From Candidatus Eiseniibacteriota bacterium (GTDB taxonomy: Bacteria > Eisenbacteria > RBG-16-71-46), in NCBI GenBank assembly GCA_031370785.1, contig JANMQY010000063.1, forward strand, positions 1 to 64,000: a DNA stretch of 64,000 nt, in the 5' to 3' direction. Both the position numbers and the translations under genes were made by a program. Each line of letters begins with the position of its first letter. Within the stretch, counting starts at the first letter, position 1. Under the pieces are notes generated by a model. The model was given only the letters and a program-made list of their open reading frames with translations. It searched no databases and was not told the origin of the DNA. Below are positions 42,753-53,290 of the stretch, in pieces.

Positions 42753-43880
42753 ATGGCCCACTCCTATACGCCCGGGCTGCGTGTCACCGACTCCGCGACG
42801 CTGACGCGCGAGCGGCGCCTGCCGCTCAAGGGCGCGGTGCTGGTGGGCGTGGGCGAGCAGGTCACTTCGGAGCAGGTGGTCGCGCGCTGCGAGCTGCCGG
42901 GCAACGTGCAGACCCTGAACCTCGCCTCGCGCCTCTCGGTCGATCCCGCGAACGTCGGCAGCACGCTGCGCGTTCCGATCGGGAGCGCGGTGAAGAAGGG
43001 CGACGTGCTCGCCGCAGCGAAAAGCCTTTTCGGGCTCGTCACCAACACGGTCACCGCCCCGACCGACGGTGTGCTCGAAAGCATCTCGAGCATCACCGGC
43101 CAGCTGATCCTGCGCGAGCCGCCGATTCCGGTCGAGGTGAACGCGTTCGTGGACGGAACGGTGCGCGAAGTGATCCCGGACGAGGGCGTGGTGGTCGAGA
43201 CCCGGGCCGCATTCCTGCAGGGCATCTTCGGAATCGGTGGAGAAACCTGGGGCGAGATCGTGGTCGCGGTGAGCGGACCCGATCAGGATCTCGAGGTCGC
43301 GGACCTCAAGAGCGAGCATCGCGGCAAGGTGGTGGTCGGTGGCGCATACGTCTCGTACGCGGCACTGACACGCGCGCGCGAGCTTGGCGTGGCCGCTGTC
43401 GTGGTCGGCGGATTCGACGACCGCGACCTGCGCCAGCTGCTGGGCCGCGATCTGGGAGTTGCGATCACGGGCTCGGAGGAGCTCGGAATCACGCTGGTCC
43501 TGAGCGAGGGCTTCGGCCGCATCCGCATGGCCGAACGCAGCTGGAAGCTGCTCACGCGCTACGCCGGGCACGCGGCGTCGGTGAGCGGGGCCACGCAGAT
43601 TCGCGCCGGCGTGATGCGCCCCGAGATCCTGATCGCTCACGACCGGGCCGAGTCCGCGAGCGCGGGCGCGGGTGGCGCGGAGCGCGGGCTCGAGATTGGC
43701 TCGCTGCTGCGGGTGATCCGTGAGCCGCACTTCGGGCGGATCGGAAACGTGGTCGAGCTCCCGAGCGATCTCAAGGAGCTGGAGAGCGAGGCGAAGGTGC
43801 GCGTACTCGTGGTCGAGTTCGTTGACGATCACACCCGCGTGACGGTGCCGCGCGCCAACGTGGAGCTCATCGCCAGCTGA
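42753..43880 (+). CDS. Hypothetical protein with barrel-sandwich-hybrid (lipoyl-like) motifs and KOW-like C-terminus
   Basis: GGAGGTG RBS. VPIGSAVKKGDVLA...APTDGVL and GSLLRVIREPHFGRIG...VPRANVELI. Confidence 0.72.
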   Translation: MAHSYTPGLRVTDSATLTRERRLPLKGAVLVGVGEQVTSEQVVARCELPGNVQTLNLASRLSVDPANVGSTLRVPIGSAVKKGDVLAAAKSLFGLVTNTVTAPTDGVLESISSITGQLILREPPIPVEVNAFVDGTVREVIPDEGVVVETRAAFLQGIFGIGGETWGEIVVAVSGPDQDLEVADLKSEHRGKVVVGGAYVSYAALTRARELGVAAVVVGGFDDRDLRQLLGRDLGVAITGSEELGITLVLSEGFGRIRMAERSWKLLTRYAGHAASVSGATQIRAGVMRPEILIAHDRAESASAGAGGAERGLEIGSLLRVIREPHFGRIGNVVELPSDLKELESEAKVRVLVVEFVDDHTRVTVPRANVELIAS

Positions 43881-43937
43881 GTGCCGGGGCAACGGGTTGC
43901 GTTCGCCGGGCCGAGGCTCGCGCTTGCGGCAATTCCA

Positions 43938-43966
43938 TTGACAGGCCATGCGGGCCACTCTAGGTT
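43938..43966 (+). promoter_or_regulatory. Putative sigma70 promoter of the four-gene membrane module
   Basis: TTGACA-17 bp-TAGGTT. Confidence 0.6.
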
Positions 43967-44041
43967 CGACGCGGTCGTACGCATTGGGAAGCCGCGGCCA
44001 GGCAGTTTCGGCCGCACGGAGAGACATCGACGGGGGGTCCG

Positions 44042-45244
44042 TTGGCACGATTCGCGGCGCGTCGTTCCGCCATTGGCGCCACTGTTTTCGCCGCCGCGTT
44101 GCTGATGTCCATGTTGCACTCCCCGTGCGGCGCTCAGGGCACGACCCCGCCCTCCGGCGGCATGCCCGCCCCGGCACCGGCTTCGGGCCTCACCTGGACC
44201 GATGTCGTAAACGACGCCGGCCGCGCGGTGACGCTGACCTGGAAGCTCTCGCCCGACGACGACGGGCGCCGCGTCCTCTACTACTACATCGAGCGCTCGA
44301 ACTCGCCGGCCGGACCCTGGACCGTCGTGGATTCCACGATCGCCGGAGTCAACACCCGGACCGACCAGAAGGTGCGCCGCAACACCGACTATTTCTACCG
44401 GATCACGACCGTCGGGCCCGGTGGAAAAACGCCGGCCCTCAGCGTGACCGGTCCGGTGCGCGCGACCTCGCAGTGGATCAACCAGACGCGCTGGAGCGTG
44501 CTGGTATTCATGGTGATGTTCTTCGGCTTCGTCCTCTACTTCATCGCGAGCGCGCAGGCCGGGCGCAAGCCGTTCGTCCGCCGCATCCCCGGCATCGATG
44601 CGATCGAAGAGGCGATCGGGCGCGCCACCGAGATGGGGCGCTCGGTGCTGTTCATCCCCGGGGTCCAGGACATCGACGACATCCAGACCGTCGCCGGCCT
44701 CGTGATCCTCGAGAGCGTGGCCAAGATCACCGCGCGCTACGAGACTCCGCTCACGGTCCCGGTCGCCTACCCGATTCCGTTCACGATCGCCGAGGAGATG
44801 GTCAAGAGCGGCTATCTCCATGCCGGCAAGCCCGACCGCTACGACCCGAACAGCGTGCGCTTCGTCTCCCCGGAGCAGTTCGCGTACGTGGCCGCGATCA
44901 CCGGCATCATGGTCCGCGACAGGCCGGCCGCGCACATCTTCATGGGCTCCTTCTACGCCGAGTCGCTGATGCTCGCCGAGACCGGCTTCTCGACCGGGGC
45001 GATCCAGGTGGCGGGCACCGCCAACGTGCATCAGCTTCCGTTCTTCGTGGTGGCCTGCGACTACACCCTGCTCGGCGAAGAGCTGTATGCAGCGAGCGCG
45101 TACCTCTCCGGCGAGGCCAAGCTGGTCGGCAGCCTCAAGGGCGCCGATCTCCTCAAGATCGTCGTGATCGTGACCGTGATCGTCGGCTGCATTCTCGAGA
45201 CCATGAATCTTCATGGTCTCACCGAGTGGATGAAGACGCAGTGA
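44042..45244 (+). CDS. Fibronectin type III plus DUF6754-like membrane protein
   Basis: Signal peptide, FN3 (VTLTWKLSPDD...YFYRI), TM, VRRIPGIDAIEEAIGRATEMG, GEELYAASAYL and C-terminal TM. Confidence 0.75.
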   Translation: MARFAARRSAIGATVFAAALLMSMLHSPCGAQGTTPPSGGMPAPAPASGLTWTDVVNDAGRAVTLTWKLSPDDDGRRVLYYYIERSNSPAGPWTVVDSTIAGVNTRTDQKVRRNTDYFYRITTVGPGGKTPALSVTGPVRATSQWINQTRWSVLVFMVMFFGFVLYFIASAQAGRKPFVRRIPGIDAIEEAIGRATEMGRSVLFIPGVQDIDDIQTVAGLVILESVAKITARYETPLTVPVAYPIPFTIAEEMVKSGYLHAGKPDRYDPNSVRFVSPEQFAYVAAITGIMVRDRPAAHIFMGSFYAESLMLAETGFSTGAIQVAGTANVHQLPFFVVACDYTLLGEELYAASAYLSGEAKLVGSLKGADLLKIVVIVTVIVGCILETMNLHGLTEWMKTQ

Positions 45245-45257
45245 TGGGGGACAAGGC

Positions 45258-45908
45258 ATGAAGCGCGAAATCCCGCTGTTCATCACCGCGGCGATCGGCC
45301 TGTACATGATCCTGTCGTTCTTCGTGCCGCACCAGTTCGTGAGCGTGCCGGCTGACTTCCTCCAGCAATGCGCGATCATCCTCGTGGCCTTCGGCTACGT
45401 GCTCGGCGGGGCCAACGCGCTACGCGTCAACTTCGACACGATCTACAAGCGCCAGAGCGGCTGGCCGTACAAGGCGGTGCTGGTCGCCGGCCTGCTGACC
45501 ACGCTCATCATCGGGCTGGCCGACGGGCGGAACTGGCAGGACGAAACCACGCGCTCGATGTGGATCTACAACCGGCTCTACTCGCCGATGCAGGCCACCA
45601 TGTTCGCGCTGCTGGCGTTCTTCATCGCCTCGGCCGCGTTCCGCGCGTTCCGCATCCGCACCGTGGAAGCCGGTCTGCTGGCGGTGGCGGCGCTCATCGT
45701 CATGCTCGGTCGGGTTCCGGTCGGGAACTGGGCGACCGGTTTCCTGCCGCACTGGGCCCAGCTCGGCACCGTCCAGGAGTGGATCATGAACTTCCCACAG
45801 AACGCTGCGAAGCGCGCGATCCTGATCGGCGCCGCGCTCGGCGTGATGGCGACAGGCCTGCGCGTGATCCTCGGGATCGAGCGCTCCTACCTGAGCGGGG
45901 AGGACTAG
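45258..45908 (+). CDS. Uncharacterised polytopic membrane protein (~6 TM)
   Basis: ATMFALLAFFIASAAFRAFR and AAKRAILIGAALG. Confidence 0.75.
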   Translation: MKREIPLFITAAIGLYMILSFFVPHQFVSVPADFLQQCAIILVAFGYVLGGANALRVNFDTIYKRQSGWPYKAVLVAGLLTTLIIGLADGRNWQDETTRSMWIYNRLYSPMQATMFALLAFFIASAAFRAFRIRTVEAGLLAVAALIVMLGRVPVGNWATGFLPHWAQLGTVQEWIMNFPQNAAKRAILIGAALGVMATGLRVILGIERSYLSGED

Positions 45909-45911
45909 ACC

Positions 45912-46757
45912 GTGGGTCTCGAATCGATCGAGAAACTCGACCGTCGCTGGCTTTTCCTGCTGATGGGCCTGCTCGTGCTCGGGCCGCTGATCGCGCCGAT
46001 CGGTCTCCCGCTCACCGTCTCGGTTCCGGTGCAGGGTTTCTTCGATACGGTGGCGAAGGTCCCGGATGGAAGCACCGTGCTGATGTCGTGTGACTACGAT
46101 CCGGCCTCGCGTCCCGAGCTGGTACCGATGACCAAGACCGCCATGCACCAGCTGATGGACAAGAACTGCAAGGTCGTGGTGACCGTGCTGTGGCCTGGCG
46201 GACCCGGAATCGTCGATCAGACCCTGCGCGAGGTGATGCGCGAGTCCTATCCGGCCAAGAAGTACGGGGTGGACTGGGTGAATCTCGGATACAAGGCAGG
46301 CAACGAGGCGGTGATGGTGGTGATGGGGCAGGGGATCGCGAACGCGTTCCCGGAGGACTACACCAGCCAGTCCACGACCGACTACACCAAGCTCCCGATC
46401 ATGCGCGGCGTGCGGGACTATTCCAGCTTCCCGCTGCTGGTGAACATTTCGGCGGGCTACCCGGGAACCAAGGAATGGGTGCAGCAGGTGCAGTCGCGTT
46501 TCCATCTGCCGATGGTCTCGGGCTGCACCGCGGTGAGCGCGCCCGAGTACTACCCGTATCTGCAGTCCGGACAGCTGCAGGGATTGCTCGGCGGCATGGC
46601 GGGCGCGGCGGAGTACGAGAAGGCATACGGCCACGGCTTGAAGGGCGCGGCGACCAAGGGCATGGACGCGCAGTCGCTGGCGCACGTGTTCGTCGCGATC
46701 TGCATCCTGCTCGGCAACGTGGTGCAGATCACGCGTCGCCCGGGAGGTGCGGCGTGA
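45912..46757 (+). CDS. Uncharacterised membrane-anchored alpha/beta protein
   Basis: N- and C-terminal TM helices. YGVDWVNLGYKAG and GLLGGMAGAAEYE. Confidence 0.75.
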   Translation: MGLESIEKLDRRWLFLLMGLLVLGPLIAPIGLPLTVSVPVQGFFDTVAKVPDGSTVLMSCDYDPASRPELVPMTKTAMHQLMDKNCKVVVTVLWPGGPGIVDQTLREVMRESYPAKKYGVDWVNLGYKAGNEAVMVVMGQGIANAFPEDYTSQSTTDYTKLPIMRGVRDYSSFPLLVNISAGYPGTKEWVQQVQSRFHLPMVSGCTAVSAPEYYPYLQSGQLQGLLGGMAGAAEYEKAYGHGLKGAATKGMDAQSLAHVFVAICILLGNVVQITRRPGGAA

Positions 46758-47410
46758 GCCACGACTTCGGCCTCTGGATCGCAGCGTTGCTCACGCTGTG
46801 CATCTTCTCGTTTCTGTACAAGGACAATCCGTTCTACAAATTTGCGGAGCATCTGTTCGTCGGTGTGTCCGCCGGCTACTACATCGTGCTCAATTTCTGG
46901 ACCGTGATCATGACCAACCTGTGGGATCCGCTGGTCAAGGCGTTCAGCAATCCGGGTACGTTCTCGCCCCAGCAGGGCGACTACCGCGCTCTGCTGCTGA
47001 TCCCGGGCATCCTCGGCTTGCTGCTGTTCACGCGGCTCTTCGGCAAGATCGGCTGGATGTCGCGCTGGGCGCTGGCGGTCATCATTGGCGTCTACGCCGG
47101 GCTCAAGACCACCGGGTTTGCGCAGAGCGATCTGGTCGCGCAGGTGCAGGCCAGCCTTCAGCCGTTGTGGACGGGGAGCCTCGGCCAGAGCATCAGCGTG
47201 ATCCTGTTCACGATCGGGCTGATCTGCTCGCTGCTGTTCTTCTTCTTCAGCCGCGAGCACAAGGGCGCGCTGGGCGTGGCCTCGAAGATCGGCGTCTACT
47301 TCCTCATGATTTCCTTCGGCGCGGGCTACGGCTACACCGTGATGTCGCGCGTGTCGCTGCTCATCGGCCGATTCCAGTTTCTGCTCGAGGACTGGCTTGG
47401 CTTCAAATAG
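46754..47410 (+). CDS. Uncharacterised polytopic membrane protein (~6 TM)
   Basis: GTGA overlap. FSFLYKDNPFYKFAEHLFVGVSAGY and FLMISFGAGYGYTVMSR. Confidence 0.75.
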   Translation: MSHDFGLWIAALLTLCIFSFLYKDNPFYKFAEHLFVGVSAGYYIVLNFWTVIMTNLWDPLVKAFSNPGTFSPQQGDYRALLLIPGILGLLLFTRLFGKIGWMSRWALAVIIGVYAGLKTTGFAQSDLVAQVQASLQPLWTGSLGQSISVILFTIGLICSLLFFFFSREHKGALGVASKIGVYFLMISFGAGYGYTVMSRVSLLIGRFQFLLEDWLGFK

Positions 47411-47440
47411 GTGCTGACCCGATCTCGAGGGCGCAGCATC

Positions 47441-47471
47441 CCCCCGGCCGCGCGGTCGGGGGTTCGTGTTT
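47441..47471 (+). terminator. Probable intrinsic terminator
   Basis: CCCCCGGCC-gcgc-GGTCGGGGG followed by TTCGTGTTT. Confidence 0.55.
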
Positions 47472-47516
47472 CATCCTGAGCGCGCGGCGCGAAGACCTGA
47501 GCGCTGTGGAGATGAC

Positions 47517-48329
47517 GTGATCCTGTGGTGCGATGGGGCGCACGACGCTCCCGAGAACATGCGGCGCGACCGGGCGCTGCTCGAAGCGGCCGAGGAGCGT
47601 GCCGGATGCGGAGAGCCGGTCGAGCCGTTGCTCAGGCTGTTCCGCTTTTCGCCGTTCGCGGTCACCCTCGGCCATGCTCAGGACCCCGCGCGAGAGCTGG
47701 ATCTCGAGCGCTGCCGGCGTGACGGCGTCGCGTGGGCGGTGCGGCCGACCGGCGGGCGCGCGATCTTTCACGCCGAGGAGTGGACCTACTCGTTCACCGC
47801 GGCGATCTCCGACCCGCAGTGGGGCGGGAGCCTTGGCGAAGCCTACGACCGCCTCGCGCGCGTGCTGCATGCGTCGCTCCTGCGCCTCGCGGTGCCTGCG
47901 GAGCTGGCCCTGGGCGCGGCGCGCGAGTCATGTGAGGATTCATGGGATCGCGAAGGGCCGGCACCGCCGTGCTTCGCATCGACCGCGCGACACGAGATCG
48001 TGCGTGACGGGCTCAAGCTGGTGGGTAGTGCGCAGCGCCGCACCGCGCACGCGCTGCTCCAGCAGGGAAGCGTTCTGCTCGGCAATGGCCACCTGCGCCT
48101 CGCCGACTATCTCGCGCTTCCCGAGGCGAAGCGCGCCTCGGTTCGCGCGGCGCTGGCCCGATCCAGCCGGCCGGCCGGGGACGTGCTCGGCTCGGGTGCA
48201 CCGCTCGCGCGCTGGGCGGACGCCCTCAGCGCGGTGCTGGGGCCCGGCGTCCGGACCACGACCGATGCGGCCCCCGCGTTTCCATTGCTTGCACCCAAGT
48301 CCGCTCTCTATACTCGGCCAGCCGTGTAA
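47517..48329 (+). CDS. Lipoate-protein ligase / octanoyltransferase (LplA/LipM family, catalytic domain only)
   Basis: NMRRDRALL, RPTGGRAIFH, CF...HEI and KLVGSAQRR. GGAGA RBS precedes GTG 47517. Confidence 0.85.
   Translation: MILWCDGAHDAPENMRRDRALLEAAEERAGCGEPVEPLLRLFRFSPFAVTLGHAQDPARELDLERCRRDGVAWAVRPTGGRAIFHAEEWTYSFTAAISDPQWGGSLGEAYDRLARVLHASLLRLAVPAELALGAARESCEDSWDREGPAPPCFASTARHEIVRDGLKLVGSAQRRTAHALLQQGSVLLGNGHLRLADYLALPEAKRASVRAALARSSRPAGDVLGSGAPLARWADALSAVLGPGVRTTTDAAPAFPLLAPKSALYTRPAV
48285..48314 (+). promoter_or_regulatory. Putative sigma70 promoter of the peptide ABC operon
   Basis: TTGCTT-18 bp-TATACT inside the 3' end of the ligase gene. Confidence 0.4.
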
Positions 48330-48365
48330 CGGATTGGCCCGCAAGGTCCCGGGAGGCATCGCCTG

Positions 48366-50183
48366 ATGCATCGACGCAGGTTGCCCGCGTTGAGCACTCC
48401 ACTGATCGCAGTCGCCCTTCTGCTGGTCGCCTCGTGCACACCCGGGGCGAACCGGACCGCGAAGAGGCAGTTCCCGCCGCTGCCGCCCGACACACTGACC
48501 CTTCCCACCGCGCAGATCGGTACCTATGGCGGACGCTTCACGATCGCGCAGACCAGCAGCCCGCGTACCTACAACGCGCTGCTCGCCACCGAGCAGTCCT
48601 CGCGCGAGGTCACGAACCTGTTGTTCGCGGCGCTTGCCAATCTCGACTACGCGACCATGCGCGACTACGGCGAGCTGGCGAAATCGTGGGAGTCGAGCGC
48701 CGACGGCCGGGTCTGGACCTGGCACCTGCGCCGGGGCGCGCGCTTCTCCGACGGCCATCCGATCACCTCGGAAGACGTGCTGTTCTCGTTCGAGATCGTC
48801 TACGACGACTCGCTGCATCCATCCACCCAGGACCTGATCAAGCTCGAAGGCCGCAAGTTCGAGATCACCGCTCCGGATTCGTACACGGTGGTGATGAAGA
48901 TCCCCAGGCCCTACCCGTTGATGGTCGATGCCGTGGGCGCGGTGCGCATCATGCCGAAGCACGTGCTCGAGCGCGCGTACCGCCGTGGCACGTTCGCCTC
49001 GGCCTACGGCATCGACACGCGTCCCGAGAGTCTGGTCACGAGCGGTCCATGGAAGCTGAAGGAGTTCCGGCAGGGCGAGAAAACCGTCATCGAGCCCAAC
49101 CCGTGGTGGATCGGTGTCGACGCGCGTGGCCAGCGGCTGCCGTACCTGAACGAAGTCGTGTTCGTCATTGTTCCCGACCAGAACACGGCCGCGCTCAAGT
49201 TCCAGGCCGGCGACGTGGATGGGATCGACAACGTGAAGCCGGAGGACTACTCCACGTATGCCGATTCGGCCCGCTCGCGCGCGCAGCACTACACCCTCCA
49301 TGATGTCGGCACTTCCCTCACCTCCTCGTTCTTCTGGTTCAACCTCAATCGGGTCTCGCATCCGACTGCCGGGCAGAAGGTCGGGGATCCGAGCGTCGGC
49401 GCGGCCAAGTACGCGTGGTTCAGCAATCCCGTTTTCCGTCGCGCCGTCTCGAAGGCGATCGACCGGGATGCAATCATCCGCGGTCCCTACTTCGGAAACG
49501 CGGTGAAGAACTGGTCTCCGCTCACGCCGGGAAGCGTGCAATGGCATGTGCCCGGATTGACCGGCGACGACTACGATCCCGAAGGCTCGAAGCGTCTGCT
49601 GGCGAGCCTGGGCCTGCGCGATCGGGATCACGACGGTGTGCTCGAGGACGCGCGCGGCAACGCCGTGAGCTTCACCCTGAAGACCAACAGCGACAACAAC
49701 GTCCGGGTCGCGATGTGCAACTTCATTCGCGACGACCTGGCGCGGGTCGGAGTCCGCGTGACGCCGGTGCCGGTCGAGATGAATGCGCTCATGACCAACA
49801 CCCGGGAGGACTTTCAATACGATGCGGCGCTCACCGGGCTCGGAAGCGCGGTGCCGTGCGACCCGGGGATGTACCAGAATTTCTTCCGCTCGAGCGGCGT
49901 GCTCCATTACTGGCACATCCGTCAGACGACTCCGGAGACGGCCGTCGAACGTGACCTCGACCACCTGATGGACGCGATCAGCATGACCCGCGATTCGGTC
50001 GAGCGCCACGCGATCTGGGTGAAGATGCAGCGCCGCCTCAACGACGCCTGCTTCGTGGTCTGGCTGCCTTCGCAGATCATGAAGCTCCCGGTCCGCGAGG
50101 GGTTCGGCAACGTGCAGCCGATGCTCCTCCCGCATCGCCTGCTGTGGAATATCGACCGCGTGTTCGTGAAGCCGCGCGGCTGA
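48366..50183 (+). CDS. Oligopeptide ABC transporter substrate-binding lipoprotein (SBP family 5)
   Basis: LVASC lipobox, LAKSWESSADG..W..HLR.G..FSDG.PIT..DV.FS and FRRAVSKAIDR. Confidence 0.92.
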   Translation: MHRRRLPALSTPLIAVALLLVASCTPGANRTAKRQFPPLPPDTLTLPTAQIGTYGGRFTIAQTSSPRTYNALLATEQSSREVTNLLFAALANLDYATMRDYGELAKSWESSADGRVWTWHLRRGARFSDGHPITSEDVLFSFEIVYDDSLHPSTQDLIKLEGRKFEITAPDSYTVVMKIPRPYPLMVDAVGAVRIMPKHVLERAYRRGTFASAYGIDTRPESLVTSGPWKLKEFRQGEKTVIEPNPWWIGVDARGQRLPYLNEVVFVIVPDQNTAALKFQAGDVDGIDNVKPEDYSTYADSARSRAQHYTLHDVGTSLTSSFFWFNLNRVSHPTAGQKVGDPSVGAAKYAWFSNPVFRRAVSKAIDRDAIIRGPYFGNAVKNWSPLTPGSVQWHVPGLTGDDYDPEGSKRLLASLGLRDRDHDGVLEDARGNAVSFTLKTNSDNNVRVAMCNFIRDDLARVGVRVTPVPVEMNALMTNTREDFQYDAALTGLGSAVPCDPGMYQNFFRSSGVLHYWHIRQTTPETAVERDLDHLMDAISMTRDSVERHAIWVKMQRRLNDACFVVWLPSQIMKLPVREGFGNVQPMLLPHRLLWNIDRVFVKPRG

Positions 50184-50199
50184 CGGGCCAGGCCGCCCG

Positions 50200-51168
50200 T
50201 TGCGCACCTACGTCCTCAGGCGCCTGCTCCAGACCCTGCCGCTCCTGCTCGGCGTTTCGGCGCTGACCTTTCTGCTGCTGCAGCTGGCGCCCGGCGACTT
50301 CCTCAACACGCTGGCGGAGAATCCCTCGATCTCGGCCGAGACGCTCGATGCGATGCGGCACCGCTTCGGACTGGATCGTCCCTGGACCGTGCAGTATGTG
50401 CTGTACCTGAAGAACCTGATGCTCCACTTCGACCTGGGCGAATCGTTCTCGCATCACCAGCCCGTGGTGGCGGTCCTGCGCCCCGCGCTGGGAAACACTC
50501 TGCTGCTCGCGATCGCAGCAGCGCTCGTGACCTGGGGGCTGGCGATCCCGCTCGGAGTCTGGGCGGCGGCACGTCCACGCGGTTTCGTCGACCGGACGCT
50601 CTCTTTGCTAGCGTTCGTATGGCTGTCGGTGCCCGAGGTGCTTTCGGGCCTGCTGCTGCTGCTGCTTGCGGCGCGCACCGGCTGGTTCCCGATCGGCGGC
50701 ATGCGCTCGCTGGACTGGGACACGCTTTCGCTCGGCGGGAAGATCCTCGACCTGCTGCGCCACCTGGCGCTGCCCGCGCTCGTGGTCGGGCTGGTGCCGC
50801 TCGCCTCGCGCCTGCGCCAGATGCGCGGCAATCTGCTCGACGTGCTTCATCAGGACTACATCACGACCGCCCGCGCCAAGGGGCTGGGGGAGCGGCAGGT
50901 TCTGTTCAAGCACGCGCTGCGCAATGCGCTCAATCCGATGATCACGCTGTTCGGGTTCACGCTGGGCGCGCTGGTCTCGGGCTCGTTCGTGGCCGAAGTG
51001 ATCTTCTCCTGGCCGGGGCTCGGGCGCGTCACCCTGGATGCGATCCTGGCGCGCGATCCTTACCTCGTGATGGGCGCGGTGCTCATGGCCTCGCTGGTGC
51101 TGGTCGCCGGCAACCTGATCGCCGACCTGCTGCTCGCGGTGGCAGACCCGCGGATCGCGCATGCCTGA
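50200..51168 (+). CDS. Peptide ABC transporter permease (OppB/DppB-like)
   Basis: LAPGD, DYITTARAKGL and EVIFSWPGLG. Confidence 0.92.
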   Translation: MRTYVLRRLLQTLPLLLGVSALTFLLLQLAPGDFLNTLAENPSISAETLDAMRHRFGLDRPWTVQYVLYLKNLMLHFDLGESFSHHQPVVAVLRPALGNTLLLAIAAALVTWGLAIPLGVWAAARPRGFVDRTLSLLAFVWLSVPEVLSGLLLLLLAARTGWFPIGGMRSLDWDTLSLGGKILDLLRHLALPALVVGLVPLASRLRQMRGNLLDVLHQDYITTARAKGLGERQVLFKHALRNALNPMITLFGFTLGALVSGSFVAEVIFSWPGLGRVTLDAILARDPYLVMGAVLMASLVLVAGNLIADLLLAVADPRIAHA

Positions 51169-52249
51169 TCACGTCCGCCTCGCATCCCCGGCGCGGCGTA
51201 CCTGGCGGGAGCTGCGCCGCAGCCGACCCGCGATCGCCGCCGCGCTGGTGCTGGCGCTGCTCTACATCGCCGCGGCCGGCGCCCCGTTCCTCGCGCCATA
51301 CGCCGAAGACCGGATGGATCGGACACGCTTCTACCACCCGCCGCAGCGCATCCACTGGGTGGACGCCGCGGGTCGCTGGCACGCGCGACCGTTCGTGTAC
51401 GCGACCCGTCCGCTGGACTCGGCGGCGCTCAGCTATCGCGAGGAGCGCGCAAAGGCGCTGCCGCTGCGCTTCTTCGTGCGCGGCGGTCGCTACCGCCTGC
51501 TGGGCCTCGTGCCGAGCAACCGGCATCTTTACGGAGTCGCAGGCGCGAACCAGAGTGTGTTCCTGCTCGGCGCCGACGGCTATGGCCGCGACGAGCTGAC
51601 CCGCCTGCTGTTCGGCGCGCAGGTCTCCCTGACCGTCGGGCTGGTGGGGATTGCGATCTCGTTCACGCTCGGGTTGGCTCTCGGCGGGATCTCCGGCTAT
51701 TACGGAGGATGGGTCGATGCGCTGCTCATGCGCGGGAGCGAATTGCTGCTGAGCATCCCGGGGCTCTACCTGATCGTCGCGCTGCGCACGGTGTTTCCGG
51801 CCGAGATGCCGAGTCGCCGGGTGTATCTGATGATCATCGCGATCCTCGCGCTGATCGGCTGGGCGAGCCTCGCGCGCGTGATCCGCGGCATGGTGCTCTC
51901 CATCCGGCGCGCGGATTTCGTGCTCGCGGCCGAGGCGCTCGGGGTTCCGCGCTGGCGCATCGTCGTGTGGCACATCCTGCCGAATACGATGTCGTTCGTG
52001 ATCGTTGCGGCCACGGTCGCGGTGCCGGGGTATATTCTCGCCGAGGTGTTCCTGTCGTTTCTCGGTGTGGGCGTGCAGGAGCCGAGCGCCTCGTGGGGCA
52101 ACATGTTGAACCAGGCGAGGAGCTTGAGGGTGCTGCACTCGTTCCCGTGGCTGCTGTACGCGCCCGGGGCAGCGATCTTCGTGACCGTGATGGCGTTCAA
52201 TCTGCTCGGCGACGGGCTGCGCGACGCGTTCGATCCGCGCCGCGCCTAG
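51161..52249 (+). CDS. Peptide ABC transporter permease (OppC/DppC-like)
   Basis: [23 protein letters not shown] and [15 protein letters not shown]. Confidence 0.92.
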   Translation: MPDHVRLASPARRTWRELRRSRPAIAAALVLALLYIAAAGAPFLAPYAEDRMDRTRFYHPPQRIHWVDAAGRWHARPFVYATRPLDSAALSYREERAKALPLRFFVRGGRYRLLGLVPSNRHLYGVAGANQSVFLLGADGYGRDELTRLLFGAQVSLTVGLVGIAISFTLGLALGGISGYYGGWVDALLMRGSELLLSIPGLYLIVALRTVFPAEMPSRRVYLMIIAILALIGWASLARVIRGMVLSIRRADFVLAAEALGVPRWRIVVWHILPNTMSFVIVAATVAVPGYILAEVFLSFLGVGVQEPSASWGNMLNQARSLRVLHSFPWLLYAPGAAIFVTVMAFNLLGDGLRDAFDPRRA

Positions 52250-52267
52250 AGGAGGACGGACAACCCG

Positions 52268-53282
<1,015 letters not shown>

Positions 53283-53290
<8 letters not shown>

